From: Verrucomicrobiota bacterium
Lineage (GTDB): Bacteria > Verrucomicrobiota > Verrucomicrobiia > Palsa-1439
Assembly (NCBI GenBank): GCA_037146675.1
Contig: JBAWWR010000003.1
Location: forward strand, 1 to 56,070
Direction: 5' to 3'
DNA length: 56,070 bases
Numbering within the stretch: position 1 is the stretch's first letter; each line of letters starts with the position of its first letter. Position numbers and translations under genes: made by a program. Under the pieces are notes generated by a model. That model saw only the letters and a list, made by a program, of their open reading frames with translations. It was not told the DNA's origin and made no database searches. Shown here one piece after another: positions 37,145 through 46,674 of the stretch.

Positions 37145-37714
37145 GTGAGCGAATCAATTCTTTCCAAGGCCATCACCGAATCGTGCGCCGCAATACAATC
37201 TTTGGCGGCGCAACAACCCACGTTTGACCGGCTTGCCGCCGCCACCGTTCAGTGCCTGCGTGCCGGTAATAAGGTGCTCACCTGCGGCAACGGCGGGAGC
37301 GCCGCTGACGCGATGCACATGGCCGAGGAATTTATCGCTCGGTACCGGAGTAACCGGCGCTCGCTGCCGGCGGTTTGCTTGAATGCCGACCCGACCGTGA
37401 TTACCTGCATCGCCAATGATTTCGGCTACGATGAGATTTTCGCTCGGCAAGTCGAAGGCCTCGGCGTGTGCGGTGATTTATTGGTCTGCTTCACAACTTC
37501 CGGTAACTCAGTGAACTGTCTGCGCGCTCTCGCCGTTGCCAAGGCGCGCGGTTTAATCACCGTCGCACTGCTCGGCAAAGACGGTGGCAAAGCAAGAGGG
37601 ATCGCGGATTTTGAATTCATCGTCGGCAACTCAGACACGGCGCGAATTCAAGAAGCGCACACGTTAATCCTCCACGCGTTGCTCGAAGTCGTGGAGCGCG
37701 AGTTCCCGGCTTAG
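37145..37714 (+). CDS. gmhA: Phosphoheptose isomerase (SIS domain)
   Basis: CGNGGSAADAMH, NDFGY, TSGNS and RIQEAH motifs. Confidence 0.92.
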   Translation: MSESILSKAITESCAAIQSLAAQQPTFDRLAAATVQCLRAGNKVLTCGNGGSAADAMHMAEEFIARYRSNRRSLPAVCLNADPTVITCIANDFGYDEIFARQVEGLGVCGDLLVCFTTSGNSVNCLRALAVAKARGLITVALLGKDGGKARGIADFEFIVGNSDTARIQEAHTLILHALLEVVEREFPA

Positions 37715-39102
37715 CGCTCGTCCGCTCGGCGCCAGTCGATAGGCAGCCAGGCAAGAACCTGACCGCTGATTTGTTGCAGCGCTTGGCCGACATGACCGCC
37801 GTGGCGGCGGGACAGTCGGTTGAGTAGCAACAACGGCAACAGCATGAGAGCAACCCGCGCGAGGAACACCAGTCGCGTCGCGTCGAGGATGAGCAGGCCA
37901 GCTTGGAAGTGTACCCCAGCAAACATGTGGAGAATCTTCGCGCCGGCAAACGGCGCCAGTCCGGCCGCCACGGTGTTGCACACAAACGCGATGTTCATGT
38001 ACGCGCTCCGGGACGAGCCTTCCGCGCTGCCCAACATCATATCGGTAATCCCAACGCCAATTCCCGCTGTGAGCACGCCCTGCACGACGAAATAAATCGC
38101 CAGCAATACCGACCACGACGCCCGGTCGCTCGCCACCAGCAGCCAGAGCAGGTTGATCAGCGCCAACGGCGGCAACAAGAGCGCAAACAGTGTGCGCGCC
38201 CCAAAGCGATCCACAAAATTTCCCCAAAACCGCAATGTGAGCGCGGCTCCCAGCGCGGCCAGCGTATCCATCCAAACCACAAAGCCGTCGCCCACGTGGA
38301 GTGTGGACTTCAGGCAGCGAATTGTAATTGGCCCGACGCATGCGGCGGCAAAACTGAACAGCACCCCGAAGATCAGGAAGTTGGCGAAGACCCGGTTGCG
38401 GAACGGAATGGCGAGCCGCTTGATGAACGGTTCCCGGTCGACGTTCTGGCGGACCGGCGCTTCCGGGACTGCCATAAGCGCCAGATTGCCCAGGATACTT
38501 GCGAGCACGGCCACTGCCAGCAGGACTTGGAACCGCCACAATTCTGGCTGGCTGCCGAGAAATAGGCCGCCCAAAGCCGTCGCGACGACCAGCACGGTTT
38601 GCCACTGGGTCCGCAACGTCCCAAAAAACCGGCCGCGCGTTTCGCCGGGCACGTTATCGTCCAAAATCGGGAACCAGCCGGGAAAACCGAGCGCGCGCAA
38701 TGCAGCATAGCAGCCCATGACGACCGCGGTTATCCGCACGGCGCCGGCCGCGCTACAAACCGACCGTGTCCACGGAATCAGAATCATCAACGCGAGTAAC
38801 ACCGTCGAGCACCAGTAGAATGGCACCATGATGCGCTTCTTACCAGCGACATCCACCACTGGACTCATCAACGCCGTGAGGATGGCGGCCAACGGCGTCA
38901 GCGCAAAAAAGAACGCCAGCACCGTGTCGCTGGCTAACGGATCTAGGCGCAGGACGAACAGCGAGATGACCCGCTCGTTGACGGCCAGCCAAAACACAAT
39001 CGACAAACACGAATAAAGCGTCGCGTAGCGCCGGCCCGCCCGCATCTGGTCGCCGGTCAACAGTGCCGGCTCGGCGCGAATTGTAAATCTGGGTCGCAGC
39101 AT
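37711..39102 (-). CDS. MFS transporter
   Basis: About 12 hydrophobic segments; RGRFFG and WGNFVDRFGAR loops. Confidence 0.82.
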   Translation of the reverse strand: MLRPRFTIRAEPALLTGDQMRAGRRYATLYSCLSIVFWLAVNERVISLFVLRLDPLASDTVLAFFFALTPLAAILTALMSPVVDVAGKKRIMVPFYWCSTVLLALMILIPWTRSVCSAAGAVRITAVVMGCYAALRALGFPGWFPILDDNVPGETRGRFFGTLRTQWQTVLVVATALGGLFLGSQPELWRFQVLLAVAVLASILGNLALMAVPEAPVRQNVDREPFIKRLAIPFRNRVFANFLIFGVLFSFAAACVGPITIRCLKSTLHVGDGFVVWMDTLAALGAALTLRFWGNFVDRFGARTLFALLLPPLALINLLWLLVASDRASWSVLLAIYFVVQGVLTAGIGVGITDMMLGSAEGSSRSAYMNIAFVCNTVAAGLAPFAGAKILHMFAGVHFQAGLLILDATRLVFLARVALMLLPLLLLNRLSRRHGGHVGQALQQISGQVLAWLPIDWRRADER

Positions 39103-39127
39103 CGAGCTTAAATATTATTGGCGAAAC

Positions 39128-39901
39128 TTAATCGGAATCAGCCTTGGGTTGTGTAGAGGCCGGTGGTTCCGGTTTTTTCTCAATGAGCCACCACGGCGTA
39201 GTCATGGCTGCATCACCTTCCTCTTTTGAACAAAACCGGTGCATGGAGTCGGTGGTGAAATACCGCCAGAATGAGGCCTCGTATTGCTTGTCAATAATCT
39301 GAAACGCCCCGGCTTGCTCTTGTTCCTTCAAGAAATCCCGGTAAGCGTCCAACGGCTCCATGCCGGCCTGCTGAAAAATCACTCGGCCGCCGTATTTTTC
39401 GTAAAGCGCCTGATTGATCTTCCACCGGCTGACCCATTGCTGCGCAATGCGCCGCCACATTGGGCGCATCTCCTCTCCCAAACCCATGCTTTGCGCCTGT
39501 ATTTCCCGAAACGTTTTCAGCACTTGCTCGGTGGACTTTAGTAGTTCTGCTTTCACTGTGCGTTCCCGGTCATTGAACGCGGCGGATTCCAGCTCCTTGC
39601 GAAGCTTGAGCGCGTCGTGCTCCAACTCAAGCTGCTGTTGTTGCCGTTTTTCTTCTGTCTTGAACGTGAACAGATCGAGTTCCACCTCTGTCGGCGCGAT
39701 GTTGTTTTCTTCGGCGAACTTTTCCAGCAACGTTCCAAAAATCAGGCCGTTCAACTTAGCTTTATCGGCGCTGGTGATTTCTTTGCCGCACACAATCGCG
39801 ATCACTACTTGATTGGATGCGGTCGCAGCCGGTAAATTGGTTTGCGCCGAACCAATGGCGGTCACCAACCCGAGGCCGAGCATGAGTATAACGCGTTTCA
39901 T
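39128..39901 (-). CDS. Secreted hypothetical protein (helical, weakly SurA-N-like)
   Basis: Signal peptide from ATG 39901, coiled coil, conserved-looking LYEKYGGRVIFQQAG segment. Confidence 0.65.
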   Translation of the reverse strand: MKRVILMLGLGLVTAIGSAQTNLPAATASNQVVIAIVCGKEITSADKAKLNGLIFGTLLEKFAEENNIAPTEVELDLFTFKTEEKRQQQQLELEHDALKLRKELESAAFNDRERTVKAELLKSTEQVLKTFREIQAQSMGLGEEMRPMWRRIAQQWVSRWKINQALYEKYGGRVIFQQAGMEPLDAYRDFLKEQEQAGAFQIIDKQYEASFWRYFTTDSMHRFCSKEEGDAAMTTPWWLIEKKPEPPASTQPKADSD

Positions 39902-40026
39902 GGCTGCCAAGCGTAACCAGCCGCAGCTACCGGCACAAGCCAAAGTGCTCGGTTTCGTTGGGCCGGCCGTCGCGCCGACCATTTCAGGCGTGACCGGTCG
40001 CCGGGCGCCGCTATAATCCGCCCGCG

Positions 40027-42513
40027 ATGGCGAATTCCACTACCGACGGCCTGACACCGATGATGCAGCAGTACCGGCGCGTCAAACACCAGATTCCTGG
40101 TGACGCGCTCCTGCTGTTCCGGCTCGGCGATTTCTACGAAATGTTTTTCGACGATGCCAAGACCGCCGCCGGCCTGCTCAACCTCACGCTGACCGCTCGT
40201 AACGGCACGCCGATGTGCGGCATCCCGCACCACGCCGCCGAAGGTTACATCGGCAAGCTGCTTCGGCACGGCAAGAAAGTCGCGATTTGCGACCAGATTG
40301 AAGAAGCCAAACCCGGTAAGCTCGTCCAGCGCGACGTCACGCAGATCATCAGTCCCGGCACGCATTTTGACACCCACATCCTCCACGCCGACCAGAACAA
40401 TTTCATCGCCGCCATCTGTCCCGGCTTCGGCTTGGCGCTGATTGATCTGACTACCGGCGACTTTAAAGTCACCGAACTCGCCACCATCGAACAGCTACAA
40501 AACGAACTCACGCGCGTTCGCCCGGCAGAGATTATCGTGCCAGCAGAATGGTTCGAGGAAGCCAAGCTGCTCATCCCAACTGCGGCGCCGTACGACGGTT
40601 GGACGTTTGAGCGCGAGACAGCGTTTTTCACTTTGCGCGATCATTTCAAGGTGCAATCGCTCGACGGTTTCGGCGCGCGCGATTTGACTGTCGGCATCGG
40701 CGCAGCCGGCGCGGCATTGCATTACCTCCAGCAAGCGCTCCGCCGCAAGACCGACCACATCCACCGGCTCAGTGTCTACCGCGTGACCGATTTCATGGTG
40801 CTCGACGCGGTGACTCAGCGCAATCTCGAGCTCCTCGAATCCGCCAGGGCCGACCGCCGGTATACGGTGATTGGCTGCCTCGACCGGACGAAAACGCCAA
40901 TGGGCGCGCGGCTGCTTCGCGAATGGGTCACGCATCCGTTGCGCGAAGTGCAGCCGATTGTGGAACGTCAGGATGTCATCAGCAAATTCTGCACGGCCAC
41001 GACTGTGCTCGCGGAGTTTCGGGACCAACTCGGCAACGTCCGCGACATGGAACGGACACTGGCCCGGTTGAGCGTCGGCACCGGTAACGCGCGCGACCTC
41101 GTGGCGTTGAAAGATTCGCTCGCGGCCTTACCGGCGTTGCGGCAGACGCTGGCCGGCGTCGCGGGAACCGGGCTGTTGGCCGCGTTGACCGGCCAGATTA
41201 CGGAATTGCCCGGTGTGGTGGATTTGATCACACGCGCCATTGATGACGCGCCGCCGCTGACATTGAAGGACGGCGGACTCATCAAGCCCGGTTACGCGCC
41301 GGAACTCGATGAACAGCGCAGCGCTGCCAAGTCCGGCAAGGACTGGATTGCCGCGCTCCAGCAGCGCGAAGCCGAACGCACCGGCATCGCGTCGCTGAAG
41401 GTCCGGTACAACTCCGTTTTCGGCTACTACATCGAAATCACAAAATCCCATCTCACGAAAGTGCCGGGCGATTACATCCGCAAGCAAACAGTTGCGACCG
41501 GCGAACGCTACTACACGCCCGAGTTGAAGGAGATGGAAGGCAAGATTCTCGGCGCGGAAGACCGCGCGCACGCGCTGGAGTTTGAATTATTTCTCCAAGT
41601 TCGCGCTGCGGTGATTGAGAAGTCGGTTGCGATTCAACAATCCGCCGCCGCCATCGCCGCACTTGACGCGCTAGCCGGCTTGGCAGAGCTCGCCAGGCAT
41701 CAGAACTATTGCCGGCCGGTGGTGAACGCGACCGGCGCAATCGAAATTATCGACGGCCGGCATCCGGTTTTGGAGCAAACCTTGGTCGAGGAACGGTTTG
41801 TGCCGAACGACACATTGCTCAACACGCCGGACAATCTGGTGTTAATCATTACCGGGCCAAATATGGCCGGCAAGAGCACCTATATCCGGCAAGTCGCATT
41901 GCTAGTGTTGCTGGCGCAAGTCGGTTCTTTCATCCCGGCGAAGCAAGCCACCATTGGGCTCGTCGACCGCATTTTCACGCGCATCGGCGCGACCGACGAC
42001 TTGTCGCGCGGCCAAAGCACGTTCCTCGTCGAAATGAACGAGACCGCTAATATTTTGAACAACGCCACCGGCCAGAGCCTCATCATTCTCGATGAAATCG
42101 GGCGCGGCACGAGCACGTTTGACGGCTTGAGCATCGCGTGGGCGGTGGCGGAACATTTACATAATGTCGTCGGCGCCAAGACGCTGTTCGCGACGCATTA
42201 CCACGAATTGACCGAGCTGGCCGTGACGTTGCCGGGAGTGAAGAACTACAACGTCGCCGTCCGCGAATGGCACGACCAGGTCATTTTCCTCCACAAGATT
42301 CTCCCCGGCGGCACCGACAAGAGCTATGGCATCCAAGTCGGCCGCCTCGCCGGCTTGCCAAAAGCTGTGATTGCGCGCGCCAAGGAAGTGCTGGGTAACC
42401 TCGAGGAATCCGAGCTTTCAGCCGAGGGCAAACCAAAGCTCGCGAAGACGAAGAAGAAGTCGGAAGTCCGGGAAGCACCGCAAATGTTTCTGTTCGGCGA
42501 AAAGAAAAAATGA
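40027..42513 (+). CDS. mutS: DNA mismatch repair protein MutS
   Basis: TPMMQQY, GDFYEMF, TGPNMAGKST, DEIGRGTST, ATHYHEL and SYGIQV motifs. Confidence 0.98.
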   Translation: MANSTTDGLTPMMQQYRRVKHQIPGDALLLFRLGDFYEMFFDDAKTAAGLLNLTLTARNGTPMCGIPHHAAEGYIGKLLRHGKKVAICDQIEEAKPGKLVQRDVTQIISPGTHFDTHILHADQNNFIAAICPGFGLALIDLTTGDFKVTELATIEQLQNELTRVRPAEIIVPAEWFEEAKLLIPTAAPYDGWTFERETAFFTLRDHFKVQSLDGFGARDLTVGIGAAGAALHYLQQALRRKTDHIHRLSVYRVTDFMVLDAVTQRNLELLESARADRRYTVIGCLDRTKTPMGARLLREWVTHPLREVQPIVERQDVISKFCTATTVLAEFRDQLGNVRDMERTLARLSVGTGNARDLVALKDSLAALPALRQTLAGVAGTGLLAALTGQITELPGVVDLITRAIDDAPPLTLKDGGLIKPGYAPELDEQRSAAKSGKDWIAALQQREAERTGIASLKVRYNSVFGYYIEITKSHLTKVPGDYIRKQTVATGERYYTPELKEMEGKILGAEDRAHALEFELFLQVRAAVIEKSVAIQQSAAAIAALDALAGLAELARHQNYCRPVVNATGAIEIIDGRHPVLEQTLVEERFVPNDTLLNTPDNLVLIITGPNMAGKSTYIRQVALLVLLAQVGSFIPAKQATIGLVDRIFTRIGATDDLSRGQSTFLVEMNETANILNNATGQSLIILDEIGRGTSTFDGLSIAWAVAEHLHNVVGAKTLFATHYHELTELAVTLPGVKNYNVAVREWHDQVIFLHKILPGGTDKSYGIQVGRLAGLPKAVIARAKEVLGNLEESELSAEGKPKLAKTKKKSEVREAPQMFLFGEKKK

Positions 42514-42828
42514 TTCCGGCGACGTTTCTCGCGGCTTACATGGTAGTAGGCGCTGGACAGACTCAGGGCTCCGACACTACTGGCGTCATCACCGCACCAA
42601 AACCTGGCCCGGCGGACCGACAAGGTGATGGTATTCACATTTACAATTTTGCTCGCCACGTTCGCCAAGGTCAATCGGACTCTGACGGCAGAAGAACGCC
42701 AAGCGCTCCTGAAACTTCGCAACCCCGACGAATATACTAGCGCCCCCGCCTACATCTACTCCACACCGGTTCACGAAGCGGTGCCGTTACCGGATACGGA
42801 TTCTTTCTTCAGAGCGCCGATGAAATGA
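42510..42828 (+). pseudogene. Probable internally deleted or frameshifted relic of a secreted hypothetical protein
   Basis: Signal-like start MIPATFLAAYMVVGAG overlaps the mutS stop. A protein-like C-terminus (ATFAKVNRTLTAEERQALLKLRN...AYIYS...PDTDSFF) lies in another frame and its stop overlaps the next ATG. Confidence 0.45.
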
Positions 42829-43101
42829 AAACTGCGCTGGTAGTTGTTGCGCTGTGCTCGACCGGATTCGCGACCGGCCTATCGGTAATTCCCGGTTGGC
42901 CACCGGACCGCTCGGTTACGTTGAGCGTGTTGTCGGTAACGAATACGGAGGCGCGTATCGAGAATGGCTACAAGTAGGGCTTGGGGTGGCTCCGGTTACC
43001 TCCGCGTGACTGTGTCGGCCGCCGAAGCCAAAGTGGAATACGTCCGCCCCGACCGGTCGCTAGCGCACTCGGATATCATTCCCGCCGGCAGCAACCCCTG
43101 A
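42825..43101 (+). pseudogene. Internally deleted metallophosphoesterase (purple-acid-phosphatase-like) relic
   Basis: Signal peptide plus IPGWPPDRSVTLSVLS..EARIE joined directly to NGYK*G and, after a +1 shift, GGSGYLRVTVSAAEAKVEYVRP; catalytic core absent. Confidence 0.6.
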
Positions 43102-43184
43102 AACACCCGGCGATAGCGTGCCGGACTTGCGCTTTACCGGGGTTGGAATGGGTGTATATTCCGGTGCCGAGAGGCAGGAGGTAC

Positions 43185-43376
43185 ATGATGAAACTGGAAC
43201 TGACTGAACAAGAGTGTCAGGAATTGACCAACCTCGTCCGGGCGGCGCATAGCGACTTAGGCTCTGAGATTCATCACGCGCGCGACAACCAGTATCGCGA
43301 AACGTTGCACATCCGTCGCCGCGTACTCGAAGAGCTGCTCAAACGCCTGAATGCCGAAATGAAAATGGCCGCGTGA
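43185..43376 (+). CDS. Small helical hypothetical protein
   Basis: AGGAGG Shine-Dalgarno, TTTACC-16-TATATT promoter, amphipathic MKLELTEQECQELTNLV...SDLGSEIHH. Confidence 0.75.
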   Translation: MMKLELTEQECQELTNLVRAAHSDLGSEIHHARDNQYRETLHIRRRVLEELLKRLNAEMKMAA

Positions 43377-43448
43377 CTGCGGCAAATGTTGCTTGGAATA
43401 GGTTGAAGGAAGAGGCGTGTGGGATGAATGAGACAAAAGCGCGTCTTG

Positions 43449-44168
43449 TTACAGCGGAAACGCTTCATTAAGCCAGCGCAGCGCGTCAAAGTAAAGCTCA
43501 TCCAAGGGACGGACGCTTGCGCAATACTGCGTGTGATTCGGCGACTGCGGGTTGTCGAAACAAGGATTCGTCGTGCGTTCGGCGGAAGTAGCCTTCGGTA
43601 ATAATTTGCGGAATTGTTCGACGTCTTTATCGAGCTGTGGGTCTTCTTTAGATTTGTACTTCTTGCATATGTAAACCCGCGTCGTGTAGCTCTCTAGAAT
43701 TCTTCTAGCCGCCTTCGAATCCGTACAGGAAACACCGAGTTCCGATTTCTTGCCGCTGCAAGTATCAGCGTCTTCAGTTACGCAGACATATTTCATATTG
43801 GAGCTTGTGCGGATCGCTAATCCCCAGAAAGCGACTTCAGTATGCCGAGCGTGGAACGAGACCTTACAGCTAATGATACCTAGTACACGCCACTTGGTGT
43901 CGTCCTTGTAAATAACATACAAATCTGTATCAGGATAATCTTTTATCTGATTCTGGTCGCAAGGACGTTTAACCGGCAATGTGCTGTATTCAATAATCTG
44001 ATCAACTAAGCCAGCGTCCTGCAAAACGCGACTCAGTTCCTTGCGGCTGCCTTTGATGACGAAAATCTTATGCTCGTTAAGTAACGGGTTAAGAATTCGC
44101 GCCACAACCGACTCCAGATTGTTTCCAGCTTGCGTTCGTGCAGCCTGCGCGATCCGGTTGTCAGTCAT
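43449..44168 (-). CDS. Putative type II restriction endonuclease, BsaWI-like PD-(D/E)XK family
   Basis: AGNNLE, YPDTD and IISCKVS motifs; AT-richer; ATGA-coupled to the methyltransferase. Confidence 0.65.
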   Translation of the reverse strand: MTDNRIAQAARTQAGNNLESVVARILNPLLNEHKIFVIKGSRKELSRVLQDAGLVDQIIEYSTLPVKRPCDQNQIKDYPDTDLYVIYKDDTKWRVLGIISCKVSFHARHTEVAFWGLAIRTSSNMKYVCVTEDADTCSGKKSELGVSCTDSKAARRILESYTTRVYICKKYKSKEDPQLDKDVEQFRKLLPKATSAERTTNPCFDNPQSPNHTQYCASVRPLDELYFDALRWLNEAFPL

Positions 44169-45145
44169 TTCTGTTTGGCCTTTTTGCGAATCGTGTACGT
44201 CGTTTTGCTATCTGCCATTATTGTTGATATCGGTATGCTTTTAGATTTTTCGACCTGTATCTCGGCGAGATGCATTTGCTTAAGTTCAGCGGTAACACGC
44301 TCAGCGGATATGGCGCAATATCTTTTAGAGAGGTCTAGGTGGACGTAATGCCTGCCGGTCCGGGCGGCGACGGTGGCCACGGTGCCGGTACCTCCGAATG
44401 GATCTAGAATGACGTTGCCACGGTAGCTGTAAAATTTTATGAGTCGGTATATGAGTTCTTCTGGAAATGGAGCTGGATGCCCTTCTTCTTTTTGTTCTGG
44501 TGCTTTACGGCCGTGTTTCGGCGGGTATAGACTTTTCAAAAATGGTTGCCGGCCGCGCGTCTCAGGCGAAATCCGCCAGAAGGCATCGGAAAATTTGATG
44601 AATTCTTCACTGGTTATGTCGGCGTCGGCTTTGTTGCCTTCTAGCGTCCACGAACCCTTCGAGAAGACGAGGACGTATTCCCAACTCGGTAGCACGTGCG
44701 GATTGCGCGGGCTCTTCCATGAACCCCATGCGGTCCGGCGGCGAATGGTTTGTTTGTACCAGAGAATTTCGGTACGCATGATGAAACCGAGTTTTTTCAA
44801 GTCTCGCGTCATATCATAGTGGACTGGTTTGAAATCCTTGATACTAGTCGGGGCTATGTTGAGAGCAAATCGACCTCCCGGTGCCAGCACGCGGTAAAGC
44901 TCACTCCAGAATTTCGTAAGCCATTGCAAATACTCATCATAAGGCATCTTGTCATTATGGGAGTCGTACTGAAGGCCGACATTGTACGGTGGAGACGTAA
45001 TGGCTAAATGGACGGATTCTGCTGGCATGGCTTGCAAGATCGCGTGGGAATCGCCACATATGATCTGGTCCTTCCACCAGTCACTGGTAGTAGTCGGTGG
45101 TGGAAAATTCAGGATACTTAACTGCGGTTGGACGGAGCTTGGCAT
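44165..45145 (-). CDS. Beta-class N4-cytosine/N6-adenine DNA methyltransferase
   Basis: TSPPY (motif IV) precedes HPAPFP and LDPFGGTGT (motif I). Confidence 0.93.
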   Translation of the reverse strand: MPSSVQPQLSILNFPPPTTTSDWWKDQIICGDSHAILQAMPAESVHLAITSPPYNVGLQYDSHNDKMPYDEYLQWLTKFWSELYRVLAPGGRFALNIAPTSIKDFKPVHYDMTRDLKKLGFIMRTEILWYKQTIRRRTAWGSWKSPRNPHVLPSWEYVLVFSKGSWTLEGNKADADITSEEFIKFSDAFWRISPETRGRQPFLKSLYPPKHGRKAPEQKEEGHPAPFPEELIYRLIKFYSYRGNVILDPFGGTGTVATVAARTGRHYVHLDLSKRYCAISAERVTAELKQMHLAEIQVEKSKSIPISTIMADSKTTYTIRKKAKQK

Positions 45146-45189
45146 GGCCTTTGTCTAGCAAAACCTGACGTGTTTGCCGACAGAAAACT
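45139..45189. repeat. 51-bp direct repeat, copy 1 (promoter and start of the methyltransferase)
   Basis: 40/51 identical to 46330-46380, with blocks tgtctagcaaa and ttgccgacagaaaact identical. Confidence 0.85.
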
Positions 45190-45208
45190 ACGCTCTGACG
45201 TTTGATGG

Positions 45209-46336
45209 TTATGGCGTACGCGCCAAAATTTCCCACGCCTTTTGGATGTAGAACCGGTAGTTCGCCAATGACGTGCCGTTGGGAATCCGATGATCGAGAC
45301 CGAGTATGCAACCGCCGGTACGCACCATCGGCGGAATCTTGTATTCCAGTTCCGTAGTGATTTCTTCCTGGCTCCGACGCAGGACGTGCTTGTCGATGCC
45401 ACCCATAAACGCCAGCTTTGTGCCGTATTGCTCACGCAATTTCACAATGTCCATCCCGGCAGCCGGTTCGCACGGATAGATGAAATTTAAGCCGGCCGCT
45501 ATCAGTGCCGGGATGATCGGGCGCATATCGCCATCGCTGTCTTGCTTGAATAAGCGCGCGCCGCGTTCGCGAGCCACATCCCATACCCGCCGGTAATACG
45601 GCGCGATGAATTCCTCCACCTGCCGTGGCCCGAACAACGGCCCGCTCCGCCCGGCCATGTCTTCGTGGACAAAAAGCTGGTCGAACTGCACGCGCTTAAT
45701 CGCCCGCACGGCCGTGTCGCCGAATGTCTGCAACATATCGTGGAGCAATTCCGGTTGCTCGTAGCAAGCCAGCGCAACCGCTTCCTCGCCCATCAGTTGC
45801 CGGGGCTCATCAAACCCACCCGGGATGGTCACTGCAGTTGCTTTACCTGGTCCGGGCCGGCTAGTGCCGATGCGTGCTTCTGAAAATTCATAGTTGTGTT
45901 TGATTCGCCGCCAGTCATCCATGTTGGTGACGGGATAAGTTGTCGGCAATGCGATGGTTGCCGCCTGTTTTTGTAACTCCATTCGGCGGCCCATCCGGTC
46001 GCGATACACCAGCATGGCTGCGGTTTCTTCGAGAATCACTTCCGCATCGCCACCAAGCCATCCGGTGTTAACTGGTAATTCTGTTTCCTCAGGAAACCGG
46101 AAGTGGAACACAGAAAGGTCGAGTTCAGGCAGGGTTGCACCTTGCGCCGCCCATTCTTCCTTCAAGCCTAGTAACGGCCCAAAAATCTCAGTGAAAAGCG
46201 GTCGCGTGTTCGACCGGAACGTCATGTAATCCAGATATTCTTCCCGGGGCACGACTTCACCACAACGGCGGATAGCGAGCGCGGCGTGGAACGACTGGAT
46301 GTGCTGAACTGCCGGCGGCGGAACTGTGTTTGGCAT
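45209..46336 (-). CDS. Uroporphyrinogen decarboxylase (URO-D/CIMS) family protein
   Basis: HEDMAGRSGP, DSDGD, GGIDK and DHRIPNG motifs; PVC-type paralog, not canonical HemE. Confidence 0.82.
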   Translation of the reverse strand: MPNTVPPPAVQHIQSFHAALAIRRCGEVVPREEYLDYMTFRSNTRPLFTEIFGPLLGLKEEWAAQGATLPELDLSVFHFRFPEETELPVNTGWLGGDAEVILEETAAMLVYRDRMGRRMELQKQAATIALPTTYPVTNMDDWRRIKHNYEFSEARIGTSRPGPGKATAVTIPGGFDEPRQLMGEEAVALACYEQPELLHDMLQTFGDTAVRAIKRVQFDQLFVHEDMAGRSGPLFGPRQVEEFIAPYYRRVWDVARERGARLFKQDSDGDMRPIIPALIAAGLNFIYPCEPAAGMDIVKLREQYGTKLAFMGGIDKHVLRRSQEEITTELEYKIPPMVRTGGCILGLDHRIPNGTSLANYRFYIQKAWEILARTP

Positions 46337-46380
46337 AACCTGTGTCTAGCAAACGCGTCCATCGTTGCCGACAGAAAACT
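46330..46380. repeat. 51-bp direct repeat, copy 2 (promoter and start of the URO-D gene)
   Basis: Same length and block layout as 45139-45189. Confidence 0.85.
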
Positions 46381-46416
46381 TTACCGGCGCTAACAGCGTG
46401 CGCTATATTGCCGGTT

Positions 46417-46674
46417 ATGAGTTCATTTACCTGTCAACACTTGAACGTGGCGGATGATCAGTGTTTGCTACTGAAAGCCGACTGTGTGCCGGGTCGCAAA
46501 GGCTGTGTGTTGGCCGGTCAGACGACCTTCCTCGTGCCGGCCGAGGAGCGGATCCGGCAACGCGCCGAAGAAAAACGACAGCTAGTCAGTTCCCAAAAAT
46601 CAGAACGATCTCCGACTGGAGAGACGGATCAAGTTGCGCGGCGAGTTTGCGATCATCGGCGAACTTCAGGTTAA
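46417..46674 (+). CDS. Small Cys-rich hypothetical protein
   Basis: MSSFTCQH...C...DCVPGRKGCVL (4 Cys); TATATT 7 nt before the ATG. Confidence 0.6.
   Translation: MSSFTCQHLNVADDQCLLLKADCVPGRKGCVLAGQTTFLVPAEERIRQRAEEKRQLVSSQKSERSPTGETDQVARRVCDHRRTSG

Noticed and set aside
42975-42977. TAG read-through (pyrrolysine or recoding) joining ORF 42825 to ORF 42981
   Set aside because: The protein-like continuation is in a different frame, and the downstream gene has its own promoter and Shine-Dalgarno; decay explains it better
45139-46380. Repeat as a sigma54 promoter, integron attC site or CRISPR repeat
   Set aside because: GG-to-GC spacing of the conserved arms is too long for -24/-12, there are no RYYYAAC/GTTRRRY ends, and only two copies 1.2 kb apart
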